Of a stretch of DNA of 64,000 nt, positions 27,950 through 41,875 are shown piece after piece. Source of the stretch: Blasia pusilla (taxonomy: Eukaryota); assembly GCA_050084515.1 (NCBI GenBank), contig CM114271.1, positions 29,016,001 through 29,080,000 of the forward strand, given 5' to 3'. The notes under the pieces are model-generated. The model did no database searches. It worked only from the letters and a program-made list of their open reading frames with translations, and had not been told where the DNA came from. Both the position numbers and the translations under genes were made by a program. The number at the start of each line of letters is the position of its first letter. Position 1 is the stretch's first letter.

Positions 27950-30900
27950 ATCCATCACAACCGCGGACAATATGCTAGTGAATCCACATTCGATGCATCC
28001 AAAAACAGCGTTGACTCCTCACAATAAACCAAGGTGAATCCCGTTGGGTACAATGTTGCTCCACTAACTAAGATATGATACGTTTTGGCATCGACTACTA
28101 TGAACTCATTTGTCAGATGTCTTGGTTGAATCTTCAACACGACCTTATGTTGGGTTATAAACTACGTTGTACTCACTCCACCAAGGAGGTATGGATCCTA
28201 AATGGGCAACGCTCCACATTGGTCTTTGTCACATCCAATCCAGTAAATACCACCTTACCCAACATCAAGGGTTGCGCTCTTAAATCCAATAAGACATATT
28301 GTAGAAAAAACACTCTACAACCTAGACTAAAAAAAATGGAAGATCTCTCCACGGTTATGTAGCAAAACAATACTCGACGACACCTTTGGAAAACTCTATC
28401 ATTGGCGTAGCGAGCATCTTTGCCATTCTAGCAATTGTAACTTGCCATGACTTTGAGGTGGACATTTCGAGTATAGGCTCTAAGGGAGCTTCCACCACCT
28501 CCTCTACAACTGCCTCTGAATACGAGGCAATAACACCATCTCCATCCTTTCATAACAGATCGGCCGACCTGAACATCTTAGTGGGCAAATGTCTCAATAT
28601 CACAACATTGGAAGCCAAAACCACAAGATACTATAAATGATAGTGGTTGCCCTGAAAATAATACTCAACATGAGCTCTTCTTAAGCATTAGCAATAGGAG
28701 TCTTTGCACTTGCTTCTCCCATTGCTTGTCGTGCTTACACATGAACGACACTCGACTTGCGAGAACTCTAATTAAGACCCGTCAATGGAATTCTCATCAC
28801 CTCGAAGATTGTAAAGGACTAAGAAAGCTTCGTCTATTTCCTAGCCTCCCCCATATGTGGATCCAACTTCACGACTGTTTCACGTGGAATGACATCGAAA
28901 ACCTCGATCTATATAGCCCTGCATATCCTCCTTTTCACATCTTATTTCGACGTAGGTAGAGTTCTATCGCATCGACGGCATAGAGATTCACCGGGTTGTT
29001 CTGGTGTAACTTCGTCCCGAGATGTCGGATGAAGTTGGCGATAGGTGTGTTGAGTCGGGAACCTCGTTTATGGCGATTTTCCTATTTTGGTTTTAGTCTG
29101 TCAGGTGAACCGTTGACAGAGTCAACGGTCATCCGATAACCTATGCACGTAGGTTACGGTTGGTAGGGCTATTTTTGGGAGAAGAGCCTTTTGGCTCTTC
29201 CCAAGGGTATAAGAGTGAGGAAGATGGCTTTCCCAAGCCATCTTTCTCATGTTGAGCCTTAGGAGCGCCTCTCTTGCATAGACGTGTGTGGGTGTGTAGG
29301 AGTTAGGGTGCTAGTGTCCGGATTCCCTCATAGTAGAGGGTGGATGTGGTTTGATATGCCGATGTAGATTCATGAGTGAAGTTTTAGGCTGGGTGAGTCA
29401 TTTTTACTACTCTTGATTATTGTTATGGGATCCTAGTGTATATACGTGAGTATGTTCATTTATGTGTGGATCTACCCGTATGTTGGGGGAGATCGGAGTC
29501 GTGTGGTGTGTAGATGTGACCAGCGATGTGGGTTGTGTAGCAATATGTATGCGCACGACATCCTAGATATCCTTGTGCATATCCAACCAAGATCCTCCAT
29601 TTCCTTGGGTGCTCCATATGAGGTCGATGCCACCAAGGTTGCACATGGACAAAGTCCGTTGTCGTGTCGAGAATCTTTCTTCGAGCAAGGGCGGGCCTTC
29701 TAGCTGCGGTAGATGCGGTCGATGCAAGGTGAACTCTCTAATAAGTTCTCCTTTTTCAATACAAAATTATGATGTACACTCTCCATTCTCTCACGACAGG
29801 TATCACAAATGGAAGTGCCGAGGCGATAACTTCTTCGTAACATCGGATCCCGAAATTCCTGACTATAAAATCCCTATAAACTATTTTACGTTTGTACACG
29901 AGAAAGATAGCACAACTAGTGTTAAACCCTACTTGATCAGGCCTATTGACATCCATGGATCGCTATATAAGGACATACAAAGTACAATCCCATGTCCTTC
30001 CATATGTGACGATAGGAAGAATCACCGAAGTTGGAGATTGCATGACCTGGTTCATGAACGCCTCCCCAAAGTGATAAACTAAATAGCGAGTGAACCAGTG
30101 CCTATCTACAAAGAGTACCTTGACATGGTAAGGATTGAGAAAGGAAAGTCGGGCATAGCTCGTGCTCCACCCCTATCCATGCTTGACAGACATTCTCTAC
30201 TCTCCTCAAGAATGGGTTTGGCGGAGTTATTCTCCCAAGGGGTAATCCACTCTCATTGGGAAAGTAACAAGCCAAAACATCCGCTATTTTAGTATGACTA
30301 AACTCCTCTCGGTGACAAACCTCTCATCCCCCCACACACACACACCACACTCTAGAAACCTCTCGAAGAATAGACCATGATCAAGTTACTCTCCCAAGAG
30401 GGGTGATCCACTCTCATTGGAAGAACAAGCAATCCCAAAGCCATACACTCAAGAGAGACACTAGAGACTCAAGATGTGGAATAGAAGGTGATGAACCCTT
30501 GAAGGTCCCTCCTCTTTATATACTCACAAGGGATCCACAAGAGTACGAAATAGAGCTTATCTTATCTTGTGCCACATGGCTTCCTCTCAAGGCTTAGCCA
30601 ATCACATTTTGACACAAGTAGATTTCCTCTTATCTCTTCAAAAATATCCTCTTTTACCCACATGATATTTTCCAAATTACCCCAACTAACCTAGCCACCA
30701 ACCAAGACTACTTTTACTTTTCATTAAAGCAACTACTTTACTTTTATAAAGTCATCTTTTATTTATTACCTCATTTTCTTAAAGTTGGGCCCGCATAAAA
30801 GAGACACCATAAAGAGGTTTAAACATAAGAATCTCCCTTTTCTAAGCCAATTTACTTAATACTAATGAAACTCTATCTAACACTTAATGACGAAGGAGTT

Positions 30901-31330
30901 TACACACTGGTTGATTTTACTATACGACACCGTGACCGCAAACTTATGTCTTTCCTAGGGAAAGACATGTCCGTGCAGGCTCGATATGGTCTTGGCGAGG
31001 GCTTGTAGCGTGCAGATCCGTTTGATCCCTTCCTACACCTGTTCGTGCATCCCAAGCCCTCGCGGGGGACTGGGGTACAAAGAAAACCCAAGTGGGGGAT
31101 TGTTGGGCGTGGGACAGACAAGTTTGCTTCCATGCAATCTTGGATGCCATTGGGCATCTAGTAATCTCAACGCCATCACGGCAATCTAGATTATCTATTG
31201 TTGTAACTACTCTATCTTAGCAGCCATCCCAACTTCACGCCTAGAGCCCCCCTTGACTTATTTAGTTTGGGGACCTTTACCTCTTCCACGAGCATATCCC
31301 CCTCTCCGGTGGACGTATCCAACTCATCAT
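27950..31330 (-). mobile_element. Highly degenerate relative of the split-repeat Gypsy element (protease/gag/5' region); boundaries approximate
   Basis: VLLDLRAQPLMLGK..ERCPFRIHTSL (28173-28370) and YHILVSGATLYPTGF (27955-28140) match the protease at 13558-13970. Confidence 0.55.
28933..29560 (+). mobile_element. Solo A-B terminal repeat of the 23922-26128 family
   Basis: Highly similar to A1 (23922-24405), followed by a B segment ending GCACGACA. Flanked by TCCT/TCCT. Confidence 0.85.
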
Positions 31331-33526
31331 CCTACTACGGGACCACCTAGTACATTACTTATAGCCTTAGGTTTGGATGTAACTTACAACTTGGGCTACG
31401 TTTGGATTGAGTGCCAAATAGGACACCAAAGTGAGGTGTCAGCATTTAGTTACATAACATAAAATGAAATTTATGATTTCCAAACAAAGAAAGAGGGAAT
31501 AATTTTTTTAGTTATGATATTCGGTGTATTAGTAGATGGTGAAGGGGATGTGAGCTTGTTTTAAATAAGAGGATTAAATTTATTTATGAAATGAATGGTT
31601 ATCAAATGAAGAAAAAGAAGAAATCCAAAAGGGAAGAAATTAAATTTAAAATCAAGAAGAGGAGGAATAAAAAGGGGAAGAGGATTGAAATAAGATATCA
31701 AAATATTATGGCTGTTAATCAAATCTCGTAATAAACTCTACATATAAAATATTTCAACTCTATTTAATTTTACCCTATATTAAGCTAAAAATTAATGGAA
31801 AAGAGGTTTTGGTAATTCTATTTATTTTAAGAATATACGTAAATTCTGTAAATTTTTATCAATTGTTATGAATTTTGTAAGTCTCCCTTAGTTTTTATTT
31901 ATTTCAAATTAAACATATTTCTAAATATTTTTGTAAAAAAATCGTGAAATTTTTTTATTTAAATTTTCGTTTCCAGTTCAATTTTCATTTTTTTAAAAGT
32001 GCAAGGATAACAAGAGAAGAGTGGAAAATTAATCATTCTTCAAAGCGATTTGAAGATTTAAATTTTTAAAATTTGGTTGTGAGGGATTTCTAGACCATAT
32101 TCTAAAAAAAGGAATGGAAAATATATTTTTATATTTTATTAATTGAGATATGGAGGTTGAAAAAATCTAATTTCCATATGAGTTAATAAGAAAATAAACA
32201 TGACATTTTAAAAAATGAAATAAAAAATTAATGATTATTAATATAGTTATATTTAAACATAAATTTATTTCGATATCAAAATTTATAAATTCAACCTGTA
32301 TCTTTATGGTTTCATTATCTATATTAATAAGAGAGGATGGGGTGAGAGAAACCCCTTGTGATGTTGACACATGTCCTTTCAAATCTCTTTTGCTTTTGAT
32401 ACTTGTCAAATTTGAAAAGTAGTTAAATTAAGATGACCAAATATTTTAGGGATGAAAACAATTTCATCTCACTCATGCATAGCAAGGGCATCATACTAGT
32501 ATTTTCTATTTGTGGGATTTCTCATTTCCAACAAATTACTAGTACTAACTTTTTGAGGAAGAAGAGACGATCACGCAGAAAAATTAAATACCCACTAAAT
32601 ATTCTTTTTGAAATGGAATTATTTAAGAACTAGTATAAATCCAATGCAATGCATAAATTAAATTATCTTTCATATTTAATTTCTAAATTTTTCAGATATT
32701 ATTTTAAGTTTAATTCTGAACAATTCCATGACTCATAGTAAGAATAATTTTATTCACTGCAAAAGTAAAAAATATCAAATTAGTAAAATGAAAGAGCACT
32801 TTCCAATAATATTATAGAAAAGAAGTTTTATTTAAAAAATTAACAATTTTTCATGCAATTCCAAACCTCATGCACAAGTAAATTTTTAACCGCTCTTATG
32901 GATACGTCGAAGTGTGTTAGGGCCATTCAACTACGGACTTCTAAGTCTCTCGAGAGTTTTGGTTACGGCGAATCCCGTCCAAAGAAACATGTCCCTAAAT
33001 AGTTGTGCCATTTTTGTAAATGGAGATTGTACACGGAAATAAATTTCTATGATATCAATAATAAATAGGATTGTAAAAGAGAGTGCCTTCTTGGTTTGTA
33101 GACACCTCTATACTTAACACAGAAAAAAACGTTTCTCTTTATCAGATAAAATTTTAAAAAATTTGTGCGCATCGTACGAAATTCTATAAAAAAAACTCTT
33201 CAAATTCTTATTTTACTCAGGTATTTGCTTAAGTGGTATTTGCCCTACTTATGTTGCTTAAGTGGTCCCCCTACGAAATCTCTTGCTTGAGTGGCCCCTA
33301 TGAACTGCCACGTCAGAGTTCCCACCGGTTGGTAGAAATGTTCTTTCTACGTAGTTACTGTAGCCCAAAAGTTTTGGATATAGGAACAATCCCGAGTTAG
33401 GGTTTGTCACTTTCGAGTTAGGACTGTTGATCATGCAAATCGTGATCAACACTCGTACTTACACTCTCAAGCACATGTTAATTTGTTTACTAATCAGTGT
33501 TTATTGTTCATAAGCTTGATTAGAGA

Positions 33527-36500
33527 ATGGATGGTGTGAAGCTACCCAAACATCCTGACCTCTCGTATACTGATGACGATTTTCCAGACTTGAGCAGACA
33601 ACATTTTCCTCTGGATGACAATGGATTTTTTGGTTCTAGTCGCAAAGACCAAAACTATGGATCTTATGAACGAAGGCCATCATCACTAGAGTCATCGGCT
33701 GCTTTCGAGTTATGGCGAGCCTCCACGTCCAAGAATGATCCCTGTCTCGAAGGGTTCAGCTTGGAAGAAGGTAAGATGACGCCGGGTTTAGTGGGCGTCA
33801 AAATAGCCGCCGAGATGGATACTCGATCCAGAAATGATGATTATTGTCGCAATAGCCGCCACCATAATCGAAATAGCCGCCGTTTTAGATTATTCGTTTC
33901 CTGAGAGGTGATCCTACTCAGAATAGCCGGAAAAATATCCGCCGTTGTAGTTATTTTGATTTCCTGAGATCTAAGCCTCCTCACACTATAGCCGCCGAAT
34001 TAGCTTCCGTGGTAGTTTTGTAGTTTTCCTTAGAGGGTCGCCTTCTCAAAATAGCGTCCGAATTAGCCGCCGTTGTAGTATTTTTGTTGTCTTGAGAGTT
34101 GAGCCTAGTCATAAGAGTGGTCGACTTAGCCGCATTTGTAATTGATTTCCTTTCTTGAGAGCTTAGCCTACTGAGAATAACCACCGAAATAGCCGCCGTT
34201 GTTGTTGTTTTGTTTTCATGAGAGGCGAGCCAACTCAGAATAGCCGCTAAGTCACCGAATTAGCCACCGTTGAAGATGTCTAACTTTCCCTAGAGGTGAG
34301 CCAACTCTGAATAGCCGCCGAATTATCCGCCGTTGTAGTTGTTTTGGTTTCGGGAGATATTGGGCTACTTAGAGTAGCCTCCGAAATAGCCGCCGTTGTA
34401 GTAATTTTGTTCTCTTCAAAGGTGAGGCTACTCAGAGTATCCTCCGTTGTAGTTGTTCGTACTCTTGATAGGTGAGCCTACTCAAAGTAGTTGCCGTTGC
34501 AGTAAGAGGTGATAGTACTCAGAATAGCTGCCTAAATAGCAGCCATTGCAGTTGTTTTGTACTCCTGAAAGGTCAGCCTACTCTGAATAGCCGCCGTTGC
34601 AATTGTTTTGTACTTCTTAGAGGTTAGCCTACTCACAATAGCCGCCGTAGTGGATATTTGGATGACATAATGTAAGTTTTCATTTACGATTTGTATCGGC
34701 GTGGCGTAGTCATCAGCCGCTGTGAAAGTTAGATTCATTAACAACCCTGGGTCATCATGTGCAGTAAGGAGGCATGCCGAGCGGATACAATTGAAGCAAG
34801 TGTTCCACAGCTTCGATGAGTTTGAGTTTTCACTAGATTGTTGGTGCTCGCTGAATTATAGAGCAAAGCATTGCGCACGCAACAAGAAATGGTATCGGCT
34901 TAGAATATGTAGATTTGGCGCAAAGATCAGAGGCAAAGGCCTTCCTATTTTCAATGAGAACAAACCCTCTAGCGGTTCGAAGACTTCAAGAAATGGACCG
35001 TATCCTAAGAGGGAGGATACTCTTGTGAAGAAATGTAGTTTTGTATGCCATGGTATTAACAACATGTCCGACACCGTAGGATTGGAGGAAAATATTCAGG
35101 AATATTCAACGGTTGCTAATCACAGTGGAAAAAAGTCGCACGATGTTAGGGAGAGGTCGGCGAACAATAGCACGGCGGTTTATGTCAACGAAGTTGCAGT
35201 TAATGTGTGTGGATCCTCTGTTGGAGATATTGGGGGACATAGTGTAGAATTTCAAGACCCACGTATCTCGAGGCTTGCATGTGGAATGGGGGTCCCGTGG
35301 AGACCTCAACATAGTAAGAGGCCTAACCAGCCAATTTTCAAGAATTCTTTCTCAGAACCTAGCGTAAGCTTAGACGTTCCCACGGAGAAAAGGAGAAAGA
35401 GTGGTGAAGCGAGAGTCCCCACCGCCAGGAATGGGGCATGTGGTCAATTTGCTAGGTACATACTTTCAAGGAAGGAGAATGGTACATCATGTAAAGATGA
35501 AGTTTGCGAGTGGAGGGTCCGTTGCCAACGGCATAAAAGTACATGCCTATGTGAGATAACGGTGTGTAATTTGAAACACACTTGCATTCACGGGCACATT
35601 CATACATGGAGGGGTCCTACCCACAAGGCAAAGTGGTTATCAATGGTATTAGCAGATAGGGTTGTAAACCAACCAAGCATCCTTGTAGGTAGCCTTGTAG
35701 AAGTCCTTGCGCAGACGTACAAGAAGCGAACAACTTACTTTCCTGCATGGAGATGCAAAGAAATATATCGGGATTGGATGAATAGAGGTGAACGAGTAGG
35801 TTTCCATTTGATTCCTTCTTTCATACAGGCAGTAAAGGAAGCCGACCCCTTTGCCACCTCCGCTTGGGATGTTTGGAATTTAGAATCTGCCATCGTCAAG
35901 AGGCTATTTATTTGTCCATCTGCCATGAAGAACATCATTCCTTATGTGCAAAAGGTAGTTGGCTTGGATGCATGCCATACAAAGAATAGGAAGTATCCCA
36001 TGCAGATTTTCATTGCGTCCATGTTGGATGGAAATGCCAATACGATAATTTTGGCATTTGGCATATCTCCTCTGGAGAACAATGAGGAATGGGAATGGTT
36101 TTGTGCACATCTGAAGAAAGCCATCCCAGCTTTAGATGATCCCAGAATTGTTATTGTTTCAAATAGACAAAAGAGCCTTTTACACGCCGTGCGTATAATA
36201 ATCCCCCAAAATATACATAGCATGTGTGGCCAACATTTGAGACAAAATGTTCGAACACGGTATGGAAAAGTTGTCGAAGGATTTTTCATTGCCCGCCTTT
36301 ACGCCATGACCTGGGAGAAGTAAGCAAACTATCCATTTCATTCTTCCTTACATTTTGCATATGGGAGTCTTGCATATTCAGTGAGGTGGAATATTGCATA
36401 GGCTGCGACTATTTTGGACTGCTCTTCTCTATAGGACGGCGGCTATTCACAGTAAAGACGATTGCTATTCCCTAAAGGACAATGGATAGTCACTGTTAGG

Positions 36501-38159
36501 ACGGCTGCTATTTCCTATTGGCTATTCACTGTTAGGACGGCTGGTAATTTGATACCTTGTTATGAGGACGGAGGCTATTCAGGAAAAATTCGGTATCTAG
36601 ATTCCAACCAATCTTTTTAGAACGGCGGCTATTTTCAGCTAAATTAGCATCTAAATTTGAACCCTTTGTGGACGGCGGCTAATGACAGATTATATTTCGA
36701 TTGCGCTATTCACAGTTATGCAGCGGCTAACAATGGCTAACAACAATTGAGGAACTTGTTTTCCAGGTATGACATGTGGATTAACAAATTGGAAAGGCAT
36801 CATATTCAACGAATAGCTGATGCAACCTCGTACATACGAGAGATAGGACAAGAGAAGTTTGCGAGGTGTGCATTCTCTTTGCCATGCTATGGCAAAGTGA
36901 GTTCAAATCTTGTAGAGGTCATAAATTCCGCCATCAAACCTATCAGGGAGGGACCTCCACTTGTCATTGCTCGTGAGTTGTGGAATTACATGATGAAAAC
37001 TTACGCATCAAGAAAAGTAGAGGCATGTCACCCAGAGAAGTTCTCCAACAAACTGACTACTTATGCACTTATTCGTTATCGAGAGAACGAAGCCAACTGT
37101 CAAAGTTTTGATGTACTAGCCTCAGATGCAAAAAATGCACTTGTCACTTCCACAAGTAGTGCACACCAATTTCATGTCCGCTTACATCCTGAGTGCAGTT
37201 GTTCATGCCTAGAGTTCCAAGATACTTGTTGGCCATGTACGCATGTAATGGCTTGGGATGTCATTACTGGAATGGACTCACAGAAACTTGTTGATCCTAT
37301 CTGGACCAATGACTTCATAAGGAAGATCTACAAAAGCAGTATACCGATTGTGAAGAGTGATGAACTTATACCATCTTGGGATTGCCGACCTGCCCTTCCT
37401 GCAGTTCGGCGTGGTAGATATCGTTATGTGCGCATTCCAAGTGGAAAAGGTGGCGAGATGCGAAGAGGACAAGGAGGTGGTAAAGAGATTTCTTATCCTG
37501 TACATGAAGATTTTTTGAATGAAGATGATGTTGGGAGTGGCCATCATGAGTATATCCCACAACGAGGTCCGTTAGGTATTCGTAACGGGCGTAGGGCACC
37601 AACGACAAGGGTTGCTCGCACTTTTGAAAGACGTTGTGGCCATTGTCCACTTCAAGGGCATAATCGGAAAACGTGCCAAGTGCTGAAAGCGGACCAACTT
37701 GTAGGGAGATCTATATCTGATGTCCCAACACGAAGACGTCCCGATGCAAGTCGGTTTCTAGGAGAGTATGGAAATCAGAGTAGGCTTTACTCAGGAGTGG
37801 AAAGTTTATATTCCCAAGAGACTAGAGCAGATACTACTGAAGAACTTAATGTAGAGGGTATTGTTGTATCAGGGGGAAATTTGGTGCAGTCTACCATGGA
37901 GAATGTTTCCACTCCCATGGATCTTGGTAATAGCCCCTCTAATCGCATACCAAATAGTCTAGTATTTCCGAGTGTTTCTCTTGTTTATGGGAAGTCTGAA
38001 TCTGATGAAGAGTCTGATGATTGTGAGGAGCAAAATACTGGCATATCCTTGGTAGAACTTGCTACTGATTCCCAGTGGAACCCAGAGGAAGAAGCATTTT
38101 ATATTAGTTTGGCAGAGGAAGTTGTGAAAGAATGTCAGATTTCAGAAAGAAATTTATAA
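33527..38159 (+). CDS. MuDR/MULE transposase, predicted 1063 aa. Exons 33527-33770, 34765-36319, 36767-38159
   Basis: C.WRV..C..HTC zinc motif, GLDACH, IVSNRQKSL, C.QHL, SSNLVE.IN, SWIM CSC..CWPCTH, knuckle CGHC..GHNRKTC. Both GT-AG introns splice in frame. Confidence 0.88.
33790..34720 (-). repeat. Tandem array of about 60-70-bp units with core AATAGCCGCC, filling transposase intron 1
   Basis: Recurrent CCTACTCAGAATAGCCGCCG(AAATAGCCGCCG)TTGTAGTT..TTTTG unit. Confidence 0.9.
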
Positions 38160-38444
38160 ACTCAAATGGAATTGTCATATGTAGCCCATTTGTTTCTTGG
38201 TATGCAAAATTATGATATTTGTTCATGTTGGAATGCAAAGTATGTTCTCAATGACGTATTAATGTTCATAAACCAAATGGACCAAACCATTCCCGGTTCA
38301 AGAACAAACAGGCTTGGAGTGACGCCTATTCTCCATGACTGCTAATCACAGGCCGAGAGCTAAATCACCAAACGCCTTTCCTCGCTCTTTCTGAGGCTTT
38401 TTTTTGTTTAACTCCCTTCCCTCCCTCTCCTCACTTCTCCGATC

Positions 38445-39230
38445 AAGCCCGGCGGCTATTCTCTGGACGGCTGCTATTTACAGGCCCGGCGGCTATTCTC
38501 GGGATGGCTGCTATTGACAGGCCCGGCGGCTATTGTCGGCACGGCTGCTATTCATAGGCCCGGCGGCTATTCTCGGGACGGCGGCTATTCACAGGCCCGA
38601 CGGCTATTTTCTAGGTAATTTGCTATTCACAGCAGCGGCTATTCTGGAATATTTGCTAATCACGATCCCGGCTAATCACAAATGGCGGCTATTTTCTGGA
38701 CGGCGGCTAATCACAGGCCGGCGGCTATTTTCAGGATGGCTGCTAATCACAGTCCGGCGACTATTCTCTGGACGACGGCTAATCACAGGCCGACGGCTAT
38801 TCTCTAGACTGCTGCTAATCACAGTCCGGCTATTCTCTGGACGGCGACTAATCACAGGCCGACGGCTATTTTCAGGACAGCTGCTAATCACAGTCCGGCG
38901 GCTATTCTCTAGACGGCGGCTAATCACAAATGGCGGCTAATCACAGGCCGGCGGCTATTTTCAGGACAGCTGCTTATCACAGTCCGGCGGCTATTCTCTG
39001 GACGGAGGCTAATCACAGGCCGGCGGCTATTCTCTAGACGGCTACTAATCACAGTCCGGCTATTCTCTGGACGGCGGCTAATCACAGGCCGGCGGCTAAT
39101 CACAGGCCGGCGGCTATTCTCTGGTCGGCGGTTAATCACAAATGGTGGCTATTTTCTGGACGGCTGCTAATCACAGTCCGGCGGCTAATCACAGGCCGGC
39201 GGCTATTCTCAGGACAGCGGCTAATCACAC
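38445..39230 (+). repeat. Minisatellite of about 18-20-bp units with core GGCGGCTAWT, downstream of the transposase
   Basis: Alternating CCGGCGGCTATTCTCTGGA / CGGCGGCTAATCACAGG units. Confidence 0.95.
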
Positions 39231-39600
39231 CCTCCCTCTCCTTCCATTTTATTTTCTTCTACACCCTCCCTCTCCTCCCTTCATGTTTCCTCCATTCCCT
39301 GCTTAATTTTTCCCTTCCCTTCCTTAATTTTCCTCCCTCTTCTTCATTTTTTTTCCTCTCCTCCCTTCATTTCTCCTCCATTCCTAGTTTTTCCTCCCTC
39401 TTCTTCAACTTTTTTCCTCTCCTCTATTCCTTCACTAATCTTAACCCCTTCAAATTTTTTCCTCTCCTCCCTTCATGTTTCCTCCATTCCCTACTTTATT
39501 TTTCCCTTCCCTTCCTTATTTTTCCTCCCTTCATGTTTTCTCCATTCCCTCCTTTATTTTTCCTCCCTCTTCTTCATTTTTTTTCCTCTCCTCCCTTCCT
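39230..39600 (+). repeat. Pyrimidine-rich imperfect tandem repeat
   Basis: Repeated CCTCCCTTCATGTTTCCTCCATTCCCT and TTTTTCCTCTCCTCCC. Confidence 0.85.
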
Positions 39601-40289
39601 CTCAAAATTTAGCCGCTGGTACAGAAGTGCGGCTAAGGGAGTCAGGCCGGCTTGCGGCTACGATGCGCAGAAGGGAGTCAAGCCCGCCTGCGGCTATTCT
39701 CTGGACAGAAGGGAGTCAAGCCGGCCTGCGGCTACGGTGCGGAGAAGGCAGTCAAGCCGGCATGTGGCTATAGTGCGTACTAGGGGACGGGCTGGCGTCT
39801 AGGTATGTAAATCGATCTTGGATATTGAATAGAAACCTAGAATGCATGCGCGCGAGTGGGGGACGGGCAGGCACGGCCAGGACGTGAGGCCAATTTTCAG
39901 ATTCAGATTTGAGATTTCAAATTTTAGGTCAATTTTCAGCTTTCACATTTCAGATTTGAGAGTGATGAAGGTCAAATGTGCTCTTGGGCCGCTTGCGATT
40001 GTAGAGCGCAAGCGGCTACTGTGCGGATTGGGGACGAGCTTTTCGGAAGATTGCGAATGTAGAGGGACGGCTGTCCTCTTGGGCGGATTGCGATTGTGGA
40101 GCTTTGGCGGCTAATGTGTGGATTTTGGACACTAGGGTCTCAAGTGCAGCCCGCGACAGGTTTGAGGTCAAATTGATGCCATTTGAAGTGAAATGCCGGG
40201 CTTGGGGTTTCAAGTTTTTGATTTTAGGTCAATTTGAAGCAATATGCTGTTGCAGATTTGGACGCAGGCGGGTAGATGCCTTTTTAGTA

Positions 40290-40630
40290 ATTTCAAGATG
40301 GTAGAAATTAGCCGCAGCCGGCGGCTAATTTCAAGATAGTAGAAATAGATGCCTTGTTAGTAATTTCAATATGGCAGAAATTAGCCGCAGCCGGAGGCTA
40401 ATTTCAAGATGGTAGAAATCAGCCGCAGGCGGCGGTTAATTTCAAGATGGTAGAAATTAGCCTGAGTCGGCGGCTAATTTCAAGATGGAGGTATGAGCCA
40501 CAGCCGGCAGCTAATTTCAAGATGCTAGAAACTAGCCGCAGCCGGCGGCTAATTTCAAGACGGAGGTATGAGCCGCTGCCGGCGGCTATTTTCTAGATGG
40601 TAGAAATTAGCCGCAGTCGGCGGCTAATTT
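40290..40630. repeat. Tandem array of about 37-bp self-complementary units GAAATTAGCCGCAGCCGGCGGCTAATTTC
   Basis: About 9 units; most contain the GCGGCTAAT core on both strands. Confidence 0.9.
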
Positions 40631-41875
40631 CTTGCAAAACTTCTTGGAGTTCGGGAGTTTTCATGCAGCCGGTGGTTAATTGATACAGCCGTTCATGGTG
40701 ACATTATCCTAGATGCGAGGCCTACGGGGACGTCAACTCTTCAATTTCGTGGCGATCAATGAGATCTCTTGCGAGTGGTTATGTGGCTCTTGGCTTATAT
40801 TTCGGAGATTGATTCGCAGGAAAAATGTCTCCAAATATTCCGGAGAGATTACTCAAAAGCGGTTCAGGCTGCCGCGCTTTCACGTTACTTTACTTTCCTT
40901 GCTGGTTCCTAACGTCACGCGGATGTACTCTTCTGCCGTGGAGAATGCTGCACTAACAGGTCTTTTCCGCTCACTACTATCTCTCAAGCAGAACGGTGAG
41001 GATGGGAAGGATAGGCAGTTGAGAGAAGGCAGGGCATCTTGTTTGTGTGGTACTTGCATCACTCACTACATATGATTTATAAGATTATTTTGAGATTCAG
41101 AGTAATTTGGAATGAAGCCAGTCAGATTGACCTCATGGCAACTCATGATAATCACCCTCCCAGAATAAGACCAAGGAATGAAGAAATTTTCTGCAGAGTT
41201 GAGATTTCTTAAAATCCATTCTCGTTAACTTTGGTGTGGACTCTGGAGCGTCACGCTTCCTGGAACAGCTTAAATACACCTCTGAACATTTGGTTAGAAT
41301 GCATTCAGAATCACGTCATGACCCTTTTCGTTGCCTCCATAGGCTCACACGGAAGGCACTCTGTTGTTCTCTGTTGTTATAATCATCAGCCAAAAAGAAG
41401 GGGAAGAAGAAGAAAGGGGGACCTGTAGAGACTGCTGTGAATAAGGAGATACGCTTTACGATTGGAGTTTTGCTACTTCAATGCTACATTGACCTCTGCA
41501 AAGGCTTCATTTGGGTAACTTCACTACCTTTGCTTGTATAGCCAATGCCACTTGTCTTGAGCCTCCATGAGATGCAATGTTTTCTTGGATTGCTCACAAT
41601 CACCAGAAGTTCTGGCCATCAAATTGTATATCTTCTGTGTTTGGGTGCAAAAATCTCAATTTACACTTAATTTCATTATCAGTGGTTTATGTAAATACAC
41701 AGATAGATTTTTTGCATGGTCCAAGCTCTTGTAATGATTTTTCATAAAACTTTTCAACCACTTCTTAGAAAGCAAGAACTTATTCTGTACTGATATTATG
41801 TGTATGCAGATGCTTGCAGCATTTATTGCTGATCACAAAATTGTGTATCGTGAAACAATTTTCAATTCTAAGCTA

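Noticed and set aside
30100-30900. Possible additional solo LTR (TATA-like box, duplicated ATCCACTCTCATTGG motif)
   Set aside because: I could not establish TG..CA ends with a TSD or find a second copy in the window.
31460-33200. Very AT-rich tract (also 21300-22100 and 52300-55100), considered as organellar insertion
   Set aside because: No recognisable organellar gene or RNA. More consistent with decayed AT-rich non-autonomous TEs (some CTAG/hairpin Helitron-like ends).
38533-39139. Repetitive ORFs (RRLFSG / ISRRPENS)
   Set aside because: Translation by-products of the minisatellite.
33790-40630. Regularly spaced repeats that look superficially CRISPR-like
   Set aside because: Intervening sequences are themselves repeated rather than unique spacers, there are no cas genes, and the context is a eukaryotic MULE.
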